A stretch of DNA of 64,000 bases. It comes from Nitrosopumilus sp. GTDB taxonomy: Archaea > Thermoproteota > Nitrososphaeria > Nitrososphaerales > Nitrosopumilaceae. This document shows positions 31,303 through 41,132 of this stretch, piece by piece. Positions within the stretch are counted from its first letter, which is position 1; each line of letters opens with the position of its first letter. The position numbers and the translations under genes were made by a program. A model generated the notes under the pieces. The model made no database searches and was not told the DNA's origin. It saw nothing but the letters and a program-made list of their open reading frames with translations. The stretch lies in the NCBI GenBank assembly GCA_965204345.1, contig OZ241981.1, forward strand, positions 1,312,001 to 1,376,000, written 5' to 3'.

Positions 31303-31345
31303 TATCTTTAGACTTTTTAAGGAATAAAAAAAATGTTACCTGGAA

Positions 31346-32482
31346 TTGAACTCTTCATTTGAAATGACAAAAAATTGGCTGCTAGATTCAGGGATTTTTG
31401 TATCTGAACCATCAGATCCTAACTTTGGCGGAGTTTATTCTTCTTACGATGAAAAAAACAAAGAATTTGCATTTTTGTATCCTGAAATTACTGGATACTA
31501 TGCAAGTACAATGAGATTTCTGTACGAACATGAAAAAAATGAAAAATACCTTCGTTTTGCAAAAGCGTCATGTGATTGGCTGATTGGTTTATATGAAAAA
31601 TTTGGCGGAATAATTCAAGGGATTTCACCTCAGGGAATCCCCAAAAAATTTGTTTATTCTTTTGATACTGCAATTTGCTCAAAGGGATTGTTGGACTGCT
31701 ACTTGATTTCAAAAGAAAAAAAATTTCTAGAATATGCACAAAAATTAAACAGCTGGATTTTGTCTGATACAATGGAAAATGACGGTATCATAAAACCAGT
31801 AAAAAATTTAGAAACTAACAAATTTGAAATTGATGATAAAGTATGGTATAAAAAATCTGGATGTTTGCATATCAAGCTGGCAATTCCACTATTGCAACTT
31901 TATAAAATTACAAATGATCAAACCTCATTAAACGCTGCCAAGAAAATCGCAAATTCAGTGATACACTTTCAGCAATCTGATGGAAGTATATTGCTTCACA
32001 AAGATAGCAAAGTGATCAATCTTCACACTTTGTTGTATGCATTAGAAGGATTAATTCATACATATAATGCTACAAAAGATCAAAGCTATCTAAACAGTTG
32101 CAAGAATGCTGTTACCTGGTGTGAAAAACAAATTCAATCTGATGGAAGCATAGATTTATGGTTTAATTCTAAATATCATTCAAAGTCGAGCTATCCTATT
32201 GCACAGCTAGTAAGATTGAAAATACTGTTGACAAAAGCAGAACAAAAAACCCTTGATCAAACTATTGAAAAACTACATTCATTCTTGCTTTCTTTACAGG
32301 CACAAAAATCAGACAAATTTGTTAATGGAGGATTTTATGAGGAGTTTGGAAAATCTATTTTTGGATGGAAGAAAACTCTTAAAGTCAATTCCTGGGCATC
32401 AATGTTTTCTATGCAAGCATTATTTTGGGTTGAAAATTTTTCAGAAATAAATTTTGAAACAGAAACTGAATTACTTTTTTAA
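31346..32482 (+). CDS. Alpha/alpha-toroid protein (squalene-cyclase-repeat / AGE / C5-epimerase-like fold), function unknown
   Basis: YPEITGY, FDTA, repeated W/F..QxxDGS helical-barrel repeats, H.L.YALEGL. Confidence 0.6.
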   Translation: MNSSFEMTKNWLLDSGIFVSEPSDPNFGGVYSSYDEKNKEFAFLYPEITGYYASTMRFLYEHEKNEKYLRFAKASCDWLIGLYEKFGGIIQGISPQGIPKKFVYSFDTAICSKGLLDCYLISKEKKFLEYAQKLNSWILSDTMENDGIIKPVKNLETNKFEIDDKVWYKKSGCLHIKLAIPLLQLYKITNDQTSLNAAKKIANSVIHFQQSDGSILLHKDSKVINLHTLLYALEGLIHTYNATKDQSYLNSCKNAVTWCEKQIQSDGSIDLWFNSKYHSKSSYPIAQLVRLKILLTKAEQKTLDQTIEKLHSFLLSLQAQKSDKFVNGGFYEEFGKSIFGWKKTLKVNSWASMFSMQALFWVENFSEINFETETELLF

Positions 32483-32496
32483 CTTCTTAAAAAAGT

Positions 32497-32733
32497 CTAA
32501 TTGAGAGCTTGATTTAGAATTTTTTTGTGATCTGCTGTTACCTTTTTTCTACATTTAAGATATTCTGGTTCTAAATTAATTTCCGAATCCATTAATTCAC
32601 TTTTTTCTAGTCTGTTAATTCTTTCTGGGCTGATATCCATGCCTACTATTTTTGGATCATTAGATGCAAGTCCCACATAAAATGGAAAGCCACCATATCC
32701 TAAACAACATACCTCAATGTTGGTGAATTTCAT
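32497..32733 (-). pseudogene. Truncated nucleotide-sugar dehydrogenase (Rossmann N-terminus only)
   Basis: LGYGGFP...IVGMDISPERINRL...E.NL, then a stop at 78 aa. Confidence 0.7.
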
Positions 32734-32751
32734 TTAGTGTCTTTTCTAGTA

Positions 32752-33891
32752 TCATAATTTATTTCCTGATGATCTTTTATAAATTAATTTTTCATATAGT
32801 TCTATTTCTTTTTGTTCCATTTTACTGGAATTTATTTCATTAATTCTTTCCAATCCTTTTTTGATTAATTTGTCTTTAAAATTACTATCTGATAAAATTT
32901 TTTCAAATGCATTTTGAAATTCTTTTGGATCATTTTCTACAAAAAATATTGCGTTGTCAATAATTTCCGACCCTTCTTTCTTTGACATCACCACAGGCAA
33001 TCCTGATGCTAAAGATTCTAAAACTGGCATTGGTATGCCTCCCAAATTTACCATTGGTTGAGCATATATATCACAAGATGCATAATATCTATTCAATCTA
33101 TCATATGGTACCCTTTTAATTATTTTCACTTTACTTTTAATTTTCAATTTATTTATCAAACCAGTTAATCTTTCATAATTTGGCCCATTCCCAATTATTA
33201 TCAATTTAATGTCTAGAGTTTTTATCGATTTAATTAAAATACTATGATCTTTTTGATCAATTAATCTTCCTACAGACAATATTGTTGGCTTTGTTGAATT
33301 GAATTCTTTTGAACAACATGGTGAAAATTTTTTCAAATCTACTTTATTGTAAATCACAAAAATATTTTCAGCTCCCATTTTCTTTGCATAAGGAACAATA
33401 AAATTATAAACACAAAGTATCGCATCAGCATTTTCTAGAACAAATTTTGCTAATTTTTTTGTTGCGTAAGAGAGTTTCAAATATCTCAAAAAATTTCTTT
33501 TATGTTTTGCATCTCTCTTTTGCTGTTCATAGTTAGTATGTAATGATATTACTATTGGTATGTTCAATTTTTTAGCTATTCTGGTTGCTAACCAACCTTG
33601 AATAAGTGGATTATATGCTCTAACTATGTCTGGATTTATTCTTTTTACTAGTTGGAAAACATTAGATTCAAACTTTTTATAATTTTTTAAATTTGCTTTG
33701 CCTAATCTATGAATTTTTAATTTTGCATTTCCAGCGATTTGTTTAACTTTTTCCTCATTAATATCGTCATCAAAAAGTGATATTACATGAACTTCATCAA
33801 AAAAATTATTTGGATTAAAATACTCTGACTTAATTTCACCTTTTTCATAATATGCACTTAAAGGATCATTTGGAAATACACAAAATTTCAT
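32752..33891 (-). CDS. Glycosyltransferase family 4
   Basis: ISLH, NKVD, SVGRLIDQK, GGIPMPVLESLASGLP. Confidence 0.9.
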   Translation of the reverse strand: MKFCVFPNDPLSAYYEKGEIKSEYFNPNNFFDEVHVISLFDDDINEEKVKQIAGNAKLKIHRLGKANLKNYKKFESNVFQLVKRINPDIVRAYNPLIQGWLATRIAKKLNIPIVISLHTNYEQQKRDAKHKRNFLRYLKLSYATKKLAKFVLENADAILCVYNFIVPYAKKMGAENIFVIYNKVDLKKFSPCCSKEFNSTKPTILSVGRLIDQKDHSILIKSIKTLDIKLIIIGNGPNYERLTGLINKLKIKSKVKIIKRVPYDRLNRYYASCDIYAQPMVNLGGIPMPVLESLASGLPVVMSKKEGSEIIDNAIFFVENDPKEFQNAFEKILSDSNFKDKLIKKGLERINEINSSKMEQKEIELYEKLIYKRSSGNKL

Positions 33892-34016
33892 AACTTGATA
33901 TCTTCTATTTGTGATTTATTTATTGCCTAAACAATATGTAGACAAATTTTGTGAATAAACTTAATTTTTTATCAATTCAACAAATTAATATCATAATACA
34001 GAACTCAAAAATTTGC

Positions 34017-35174
34017 ATGAAAAACAATTCTAATATCTATATTTTTTTATTTTGGGAAGCTGCTAGAATTCATGAGCAATTTCTATTTGAAAATTTAAAA
34101 AAACAATTTGTAATTAAAGATGTATATGAAATTAAATGGAATCAAAATAATTTTCCAAATAATTTGAGAAGATTTTACGGTCCAGGAAAAGTAGGTAATG
34201 TTGAGAGAAAAACTAAATTGTGTGGTACAGATTCATTTCTCTTAGTGATCATCCATGATCCTAATCCAAAATATGAAAAAAGAAGAACTTCCAAAGGAAT
34301 GGAATTAGTAAATGTTAATCTTTTTGAAAATAAATCAACATACAGAAAAATTACAAAAGCTGGTTATGCAATACATAGTAGCATTACTGAAAAAGAAACT
34401 AATGATGATTTGACATTGTTACTTGGAAAAAACTTAGAATATATTAAAAAAACACTTAAAGAAAAATGGGATGGAGTAATAAAGAAAATTTCATCTGACG
34501 TGATTGGACAAAATGGATGGAAGGATTTAGAACAATTATTTTATGTTTTAAATTCTACTGTAGAATACATTGTTTTAAGAAATTTTGAAGTTCTACCAAA
34601 TTTATCAACCTACAAACATAATGATATTGATTTTCTTACAAATGATTTTTTGAGAATTCCCTATATTGCCAATGGGGGAATGTCTTCTTTTAATAACAAA
34701 TTTCCTCCTTTTGTTATGATAGATAAACAAAAAATTCGATTAGATTTTGGTTATCCGGAAGACGGTTATTATGATGAAAAATGGGCTAAAGATATTCTCA
34801 AAAGACGAATACAATTTAATGGATTTTTTATTCCTTGCAAAGAAGATTACTTTTATACTCTTTTTTATCACGCTGTTTTTCATCAAAATAACATTTCTTC
34901 TGAATATAAAATTAAACTGTATAATCTTTCCAAAGAACTTGGAATTCTTGAAATTACCAAAGAAATTTTTGATAATTTAACACAATCTAAAAAGTTTTTA
35001 GAAGATTATATGTCTCAAAAAGGTTATCTTCATACAAATTCTAGAAAATATAAAATAATTCATAATGAATTTTTAAGGCTTGTTAAAACTTCCTTACTTC
35101 TTTGGAGAACTCAGGGCATTTCATTTTTATTTGAAGCAATAAATGGAAAAATTAAAAGAGCAGTTTTAAAATGA
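34017..35174 (+). CDS. Hypothetical two-domain protein: NDP-kinase-like N-domain plus nucleotidyltransferase-like C-domain
   Basis: AIHSSITEKETNDDLTLLLG resembles the NDK IHGSDSxESAxxEIxLWF segment; YIVLRNFE.LP...DIDFL is a Pol-beta-type NTase signature. Confidence 0.6.
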   Translation: MKNNSNIYIFLFWEAARIHEQFLFENLKKQFVIKDVYEIKWNQNNFPNNLRRFYGPGKVGNVERKTKLCGTDSFLLVIIHDPNPKYEKRRTSKGMELVNVNLFENKSTYRKITKAGYAIHSSITEKETNDDLTLLLGKNLEYIKKTLKEKWDGVIKKISSDVIGQNGWKDLEQLFYVLNSTVEYIVLRNFEVLPNLSTYKHNDIDFLTNDFLRIPYIANGGMSSFNNKFPPFVMIDKQKIRLDFGYPEDGYYDEKWAKDILKRRIQFNGFFIPCKEDYFYTLFYHAVFHQNNISSEYKIKLYNLSKELGILEITKEIFDNLTQSKKFLEDYMSQKGYLHTNSRKYKIIHNEFLRLVKTSLLLWRTQGISFLFEAINGKIKRAVLK

Positions 35175-35236
35175 TGAAAACTATATTTCTAATGATTGAT
35201 ATCAATGATAATGTAATTTATTTTAACTGATGTTTT

Positions 35237-36184
35237 ATGAAAAAAACTAAAATTAAATCAATCAAAAAAGCAATCAATAATATAAAAAAATATAATAGAA
35301 CTTACGGTTTAGGCGTTTCTTTAAGAGTTTTCAAACATTATATTTTTAGAGCAATCAAAAATTATTCTGTAAATCCTAACGAGTCAATTATCACTATAAA
35401 TGGTTACAAAATGTTTACAGTTCCTAATGATCCTGGAATCTCTAGTGAATTATCTGTTTTTAAAACTCATGAACCAATTAATACAAAAATCATTCCAAAA
35501 TTGCTACAAAAAGGAATGACTTGCATAGATGTTGGTGGAAATATTGGATATTATGTTTTATTGGAAAGAAAAATTATCGGTGATACAGGTAAAATAATAG
35601 CTATAGAGCCTTTGCCTCAAAATTTTTCCTATCTGAATAAAAACATTCAATTCCAAAACTTTCAAAACATTTCCACTTTTAATTTTGCATGTGGAGATAA
35701 AGATGGAGAGGCAACATTTTTTGTTAACAAAAAATCTAATGGCTGCCAGGTGATTCGTGAAGGTGTTGAGCCTCCAGATCCTTCTCTTGGAACACTTTCT
35801 AAAGTATCTATAAAAAAATTAGACACCCTAGTTTCAGAATTAAATCTTAAACATGTTGACTTTGTAAGAATGGATGCTGAAGGATATGAATTACATATAT
35901 TAAGAGGATTTAAGAATACTCTTGAAAAATTCAAACCTATAATTTCACTTGAACTGCATAAGAGACAGCTTGGCGTTGATGGCACTATAGAATTTTTTAA
36001 ATTAATGAAGGATCTTGATTATGAGATTGCATCCTATATTCCACGAGAGCTTGATATTCCTATTATTGGCAGTATGAAAAATGTTACAACGCCATCAATT
36101 GATGAATTAATATCGATGGTAAAATTTGGAAAAACTAGCAGTTATTTAATGCTAAATCTTGTACATAAAAATAAATCTCAATAA
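35237..36184 (+). CDS. FkbM family methyltransferase
   Basis: IDVGGNIGYY, IEP, FVRMDAEGYE. Confidence 0.92.
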   Translation: MKKTKIKSIKKAINNIKKYNRTYGLGVSLRVFKHYIFRAIKNYSVNPNESIITINGYKMFTVPNDPGISSELSVFKTHEPINTKIIPKLLQKGMTCIDVGGNIGYYVLLERKIIGDTGKIIAIEPLPQNFSYLNKNIQFQNFQNISTFNFACGDKDGEATFFVNKKSNGCQVIREGVEPPDPSLGTLSKVSIKKLDTLVSELNLKHVDFVRMDAEGYELHILRGFKNTLEKFKPIISLELHKRQLGVDGTIEFFKLMKDLDYEIASYIPRELDIPIIGSMKNVTTPSIDELISMVKFGKTSSYLMLNLVHKNKSQ

Positions 36185-36208
36185 AATATTTTTGTACGAT
36201 AAATTTAA

Positions 36209-37702
36209 TCACTTGCTTATTATTTCCTTCAAAATTGAATTGAAAAGTTGTTTTGTTCTTTTATCAATCATGTATGTTAATACAAAATATCCTCCAATAC
36301 TCAATATTCCGTACATCATTACCGGAGGTACAAATACAAAAATATTTTCATGATATTCTAAATTCTGTTCCATTACAAATCCTACCAGTCCAAAAATTAA
36401 GAAACAACCAAGTAAATATTTGACAGTGCTTTTTTTATCAATTTTTAAGGTAAATGATTTTTTTGTGAGTATTATAATGTAAATTGTTAAAGGAATTTCT
36501 ATAACAAATCCAATAATAGTCCAATATAATACTAAATCTAACATTGAATCTGTTTCTGAATTAACTAGTAACAATAAGATTATTAAAATTCCTATGTATG
36601 AACCATGCCTTATGAGATCAAAAGTTGGAATCCATACTAATTTACTTCGTAGAAAATCCTTAAAATTCAAATGCTGATTTTTATCAATGGTTTCTAATCC
36701 TGTAAGTGCCTGAAAGAAAACTTGATTCAGTGTCTTCAAGAACATTCTAAGACTGATAAATATTACAAAAAGTGATGCAATTTCATAAATTGGATTTAAG
36801 ATGTATAATCCAGGCTTTGCAAAGATAATTGAAAATGCCGTTAAGGGAAATGCAAAATAGAATAGTTTAATTAAATTATCTTGCAAAAATTCTTGCTTTT
36901 CGGTTTCTAACAATTTTGGATAAAGACCTGCAGATAAATCTCTGACATTGTTAACTAACATTCCTATTGTTTTGGCTGCTGTAAAATATGCCACTCCAAT
37001 AACTGAACCAGTCATTATTGAAAATATTGCTACATCTGACATTGCTAATGTGGAAGGCAATGTTCTGTAGGTCGGCAACCAAAACATTTTCATCCACTTT
37101 ACAAAATAACTTTTTTTGAAATTCTCTCTTAATTGTTTTCTTGCAGAAAATGATAATGACACTACACTTGCAATATATGCTAATATTACTGCTAAAATGA
37201 CTCCGTTAACACCCAAATCAAAATAATAAATAAACAATAATGTAAGAGGGATTTTGATAATCTCAAAAATTAATAACGCGTAACTTCTAGCTTGTGGTTT
37301 GAATCCTAAATTTATTGCCGATAAACTATTGTGGATAAAAATTATGGGAACCAATAATGTTGCAAAAAATAAAATTCCCATGTCTGCATCTGAATTTTTT
37401 CCAACTACTTCTGAAACAAGAACATAGATTCCAATTCCTAATATGCTTAATATCCCGCTAGAAATTAAAGCTGTATTTGCACTTTTTTCTCCTCTGGCAA
37501 TCTCTCTGGTTACCCAATAACTGACTATTGGATTTATCACCAGAGCGTAAATTATAATTCCATTAATTACTCCCCATGTTCCAAATTCTTCTACAGATAG
37601 CTGCCTGGTAACAATTAATGTAAAAATAATTCCTGTTAAAATAGAAATTAATCTAATGGCAAAAGAGATCAGGCCTGAATAAGTAACCCGTATACCCGTC
37701 AA
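36209..37702 (-). CDS. Wzx-like oligosaccharide flippase (MATE/MOP superfamily)
   Basis: About 14 hydrophobic helices, TRQLSVEEFG.W, LGVNGVILA; inside the glycan locus. Confidence 0.85.
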   Translation of the reverse strand: MTGIRVTYSGLISFAIRLISILTGIIFTLIVTRQLSVEEFGTWGVINGIIIYALVINPIVSYWVTREIARGEKSANTALISSGILSILGIGIYVLVSEVVGKNSDADMGILFFATLLVPIIFIHNSLSAINLGFKPQARSYALLIFEIIKIPLTLLFIYYFDLGVNGVILAVILAYIASVVSLSFSARKQLRENFKKSYFVKWMKMFWLPTYRTLPSTLAMSDVAIFSIMTGSVIGVAYFTAAKTIGMLVNNVRDLSAGLYPKLLETEKQEFLQDNLIKLFYFAFPLTAFSIIFAKPGLYILNPIYEIASLFVIFISLRMFLKTLNQVFFQALTGLETIDKNQHLNFKDFLRSKLVWIPTFDLIRHGSYIGILIILLLLVNSETDSMLDLVLYWTIIGFVIEIPLTIYIIILTKKSFTLKIDKKSTVKYLLGCFLIFGLVGFVMEQNLEYHENIFVFVPPVMMYGILSIGGYFVLTYMIDKRTKQLFNSILKEIISK

Positions 37703-37841
37703 TAATTTTGACTAGAAATTGAATTTAATACATAATCCTGTCTACAAATTATCACTTTTAATGTACTTTTTCAATTATTTTTTTTAAACAACATCTGATT
37801 CTTTTCAAATATTTTATAACTCGATATTTTAGATATTCAAC

Positions 37842-38126
37842 ATGACAAACTGTCAAGCCAAATTCAAGCCTACAATGCTGCTGCTTGAGTTACACAAACG
37901 TCAGCTAGGAATTGACGGTACAGGAGAATTTTTTAAATTAATGCAAGATCTCAATTATAAAGTTGAATCCTATATTCCAAGAGATCTAGATACTCCTTTG
38001 ATTGGAACTATGAATGATATAACACAATCTTCAATCAATCATCCTTTAGATATGATTGAAAATAACCAAGCAGGCAGCTTTCTTACGTTAAGCCTTGTTA
38101 ATAGTTCAAAGGAATCAATTGAATAG
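37842..38126 (+). pseudogene. C-terminal fragment of an FkbM methyltransferase paralog
   Basis: KFKP...LELHKRQLGIDGT.EFFKLM.DL.Y...SYIPR.LD.P.IG.M closely matches the C-terminus of 35237..36184; the SAM-binding half is absent. Confidence 0.85.
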
Positions 38127-38210
38127 ATTATGTTGATGATGATGAAATGTAATTCTCTGTTCTTTTTGGTTTTAATTGAAGGGGAGTCCTAAATTTCTAA
38201 AGTGGTTATT

Positions 38211-39656
38211 ATGACTCGTCATTGGTTTACATCCTATCTAACAGAAAATTATTCTAGAAACAAAAAAATTGGATTGGACATAGGCTGTGGAAAACAACCC
38301 TATAAAGAACTCTATAATTGCCAATATGTTGGAATTGATTTACCATCAAAAGTAGAGTCTACTGCAAAACCCATTCTTTTTGGAAGCGGGGAAAGTCTAC
38401 CATTTAAAGATGACACATTTGATTTTATCACATCGTATTCTGTCATCCCTTATGTAGAAAATATTGATAAATTCTTAGATGAAATGTTCAGAGTAATAAA
38501 ATATAATGGAATTGCAATTATCATAATAATGAATTTACGTGCCCTATCCCGTGATCCAAGTGGATATTATCCAAATAAATTTAGCTCAAAACAATTAAAA
38601 AATAAATTAAAGAAGCACGGGTTTGATTCAATCAAATCTAAAAATTTTAAAGCATTATTTTGGTCTACATATTTCAATTCGACCAGCGTATATTCATTTG
38701 CTATTGTAAAATGTAACAAAAATACAAACTCATTATACATGTCTGAAAAAAATCCAAATAAAAACTCCAATTTTACAACCCGCCAATTATTACGATCTCA
38801 TGTAATGAACCACACGAAATTTTATTCCTTCACAAGGACTCTTTTTCGAAAATATTGCATTGCGACACAAAATCTACACACTCTGCCTGATTTTCTCATC
38901 ATAGGAGCCGCAAAATGCGGAACATCCTCATTGTATGATTATCTCATGCAGCATCCCTGTGTAGGCAAATCACTTACAAAACAAATTCATTTTTTTGATA
39001 GGTATTTTGATAGAGGAGCACCATGGTACAAAGTCTGCTTTCCGTATAAATGGAAAAAATTCCAAATAGAAAAAATAAAAAATAAAAAATTTGCCACCGG
39101 CGAGGCTACAGCGCACTATATGACGCATCCCTTGGCTGCAAAACGTGCACATCAGCTAGTTCCTGATGCAAAAATCATTGTAATGCTTAGAAATCCTGTA
39201 GATAGGGCTTATTCCCATTATCAAATGGAGCATCAGCGTAATATCGATCCATTATCGTTTGAAGATGCAATAGAAAACGAGCCTAACAGAATAAAAGGAG
39301 AAATTCAGGAAATGTTTCATAACAAAAATAACTCAGGCAAAAATTATCCTCACAAGGCTTACATCAAAAGTGGAGAATATTTAGAACAAATTAAAAGATG
39401 GAGGGAATTCTATCCTAAAGAAAAATTCCTTTTCATCAAAAGTGAGGAATTCAATAAAAATCCGTCTCGTGTATATAATGATGTTTTAGAGTTCTTAGAA
39501 TTAACTCCTTTTAAACTTCAAAAATATGAAAAAATCCAAAAACGCCAATATGATAAAATGAATCCTGACACTAGGCAGAAATTAATTGAATATTTTTTAC
39601 CTCACAACAAAAATCTTTATGATTATTTGGAAATGGATTTTGATTGGGACAAATAA
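38211..39656 (+). CDS. Fusion: class I SAM methyltransferase plus PAPS-dependent sulfotransferase
   Basis: N-half LDIGCG...LPFKDDTFD; C-half LPDFLIIGAAKCGTSSLY (5'PSB) and LRNPVDRAYSHY (3'PB). Confidence 0.88.
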   Translation: MTRHWFTSYLTENYSRNKKIGLDIGCGKQPYKELYNCQYVGIDLPSKVESTAKPILFGSGESLPFKDDTFDFITSYSVIPYVENIDKFLDEMFRVIKYNGIAIIIIMNLRALSRDPSGYYPNKFSSKQLKNKLKKHGFDSIKSKNFKALFWSTYFNSTSVYSFAIVKCNKNTNSLYMSEKNPNKNSNFTTRQLLRSHVMNHTKFYSFTRTLFRKYCIATQNLHTLPDFLIIGAAKCGTSSLYDYLMQHPCVGKSLTKQIHFFDRYFDRGAPWYKVCFPYKWKKFQIEKIKNKKFATGEATAHYMTHPLAAKRAHQLVPDAKIIVMLRNPVDRAYSHYQMEHQRNIDPLSFEDAIENEPNRIKGEIQEMFHNKNNSGKNYPHKAYIKSGEYLEQIKRWREFYPKEKFLFIKSEEFNKNPSRVYNDVLEFLELTPFKLQKYEKIQKRQYDKMNPDTRQKLIEYFLPHNKNLYDYLEMDFDWDK

Positions 39657-39699
39657 TTTTTTGCCTAATTAGAAAGGACTTTGTGCATAAATAAGAAAT

Positions 39700-40038
39700 T
39701 TTGGATTTGGCAAAAGAAGAAATGGAGAATACTTGTAAAAAAAATTAATGGTAAAACCTGTGAAACATTTTCCGTTGATTATGAAAAATCTATTCTTGAC
39801 TGTTATCATAAGCAAGAATTGACTTTCAATAACAGATCTAATTGCTAGGATGGATCTTGAAAATTTTGATCAGACTGTTGATCTTGATTGCTCTGCAGGG
39901 GTTTGGCACGGTACAACTCGTAAATACGAAAGATATGACAAAATTGAAGCAATTTCAAATTCAGTGAAAAAATCGGGCTTAAAAGCAGGATTCATTATTC
40001 CTACCCATTGTACTGCTCCACCAAGCCTCACATCCTAA
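39700..40038 (+). pseudogene. Possible decayed gene fragment
   Basis: ~500-bp gap in an otherwise gene-dense locus with short protein-like frames broken by stops; identity not recognised. Confidence 0.25.
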
Positions 40039-40162
40039 AATGGCTAAATTTTCTTCCAAACCTGCTTTTTTCTATTTGACTTAATCTTAAAAGCTCAAAA
40101 CAATTTCAGCAAATCCAAAGTAATCTACTGTGGAGTTATAAGCGAATAATATTTTTCAAATT

Positions 40163-41128
40163 ATGATGAAACTCGAAGTTAGAAATGACAAGGAACCGCC
40201 ATATAATTGGAATAAGAATCTCTTGTCCTCAAACACAGGAACGGTATACAATACAACTGAGTATAGCAATTACGTACAAAATAGATTAAACTGGGTTCCT
40301 AATTTTATATCAATCCTAGATTCTACAGGTTCGCTTCTTGCACAAGTTATTTTATTTGAGCTTCCCCCATCAGTTAAAGGAAAATCAATACCTAAATCAA
40401 TCCCGCTCATATCAAAAAAATTTCAAACTATTAAATGGAATTTTGGACCTGTTTTTATTAGCGATACCCATCAAAATGAAATAGCATCAAATTTTTTGGA
40501 ATATGTCCAAAAACTAGGCAAAAGAATTAGCGGTACATTTCATCCTTTTTTTAACGAACTTTTATCCTATCCTAACGTTGAAAAGTGGGCAACGTACATA
40601 ATTGATTTAAAAAAATCAATCGATGACACTAAAATAAAACTAGATAAAAAAAATACCATAAAAAATATTAAAAGATCTATGGAACGGGGTGTAGAATTAG
40701 CTGAGATTAATGATGATAATATTGCTGATTATGCAAAATTATTAAACCAGTATAGAATACAAAATCATATTGAGCCCTATTCAGATCAACAAGTAATTGA
40801 TCTTTGGAACTTTTTAAAACCATCTGGGTTTCATGGTTATCTATCATCAAAAGACGGAGTTTTACTTGGCGGAATCACTTTTTCAAATTTCAACGGTTAC
40901 ATCAATGAGTGGGGGATTGCAAGAACCGCACAAGATACAGAAGAAAAACTTTATTCTCAGGATTTAATGAAGTGGAAAATTATTGAATGGGGAATTGATA
41001 ATAATCAAAACTGTTTTGATCTAACAGGATTTAATCCAAACCCTATTTCAGAAAAAGAGAAAGGAATCTTACGCTATAAGAAGAAATGGGGCGGCACAAA
41101 ATATAATATTTTACAATATAGGGGATAA
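40163..41128 (+). CDS. FemAB/FemX-like GNAT protein
   Basis: WNFGPV, TYIIDL, KNIKRSMERGV, LMKWKIIEWG, FDLTG, GILRYKKKWGG. Confidence 0.85.
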   Translation: MMKLEVRNDKEPPYNWNKNLLSSNTGTVYNTTEYSNYVQNRLNWVPNFISILDSTGSLLAQVILFELPPSVKGKSIPKSIPLISKKFQTIKWNFGPVFISDTHQNEIASNFLEYVQKLGKRISGTFHPFFNELLSYPNVEKWATYIIDLKKSIDDTKIKLDKKNTIKNIKRSMERGVELAEINDDNIADYAKLLNQYRIQNHIEPYSDQQVIDLWNFLKPSGFHGYLSSKDGVLLGGITFSNFNGYINEWGIARTAQDTEEKLYSQDLMKWKIIEWGIDNNQNCFDLTGFNPNPISEKEKGILRYKKKWGGTKYNILQYRG

Positions 41129-41132
41129 CTGA

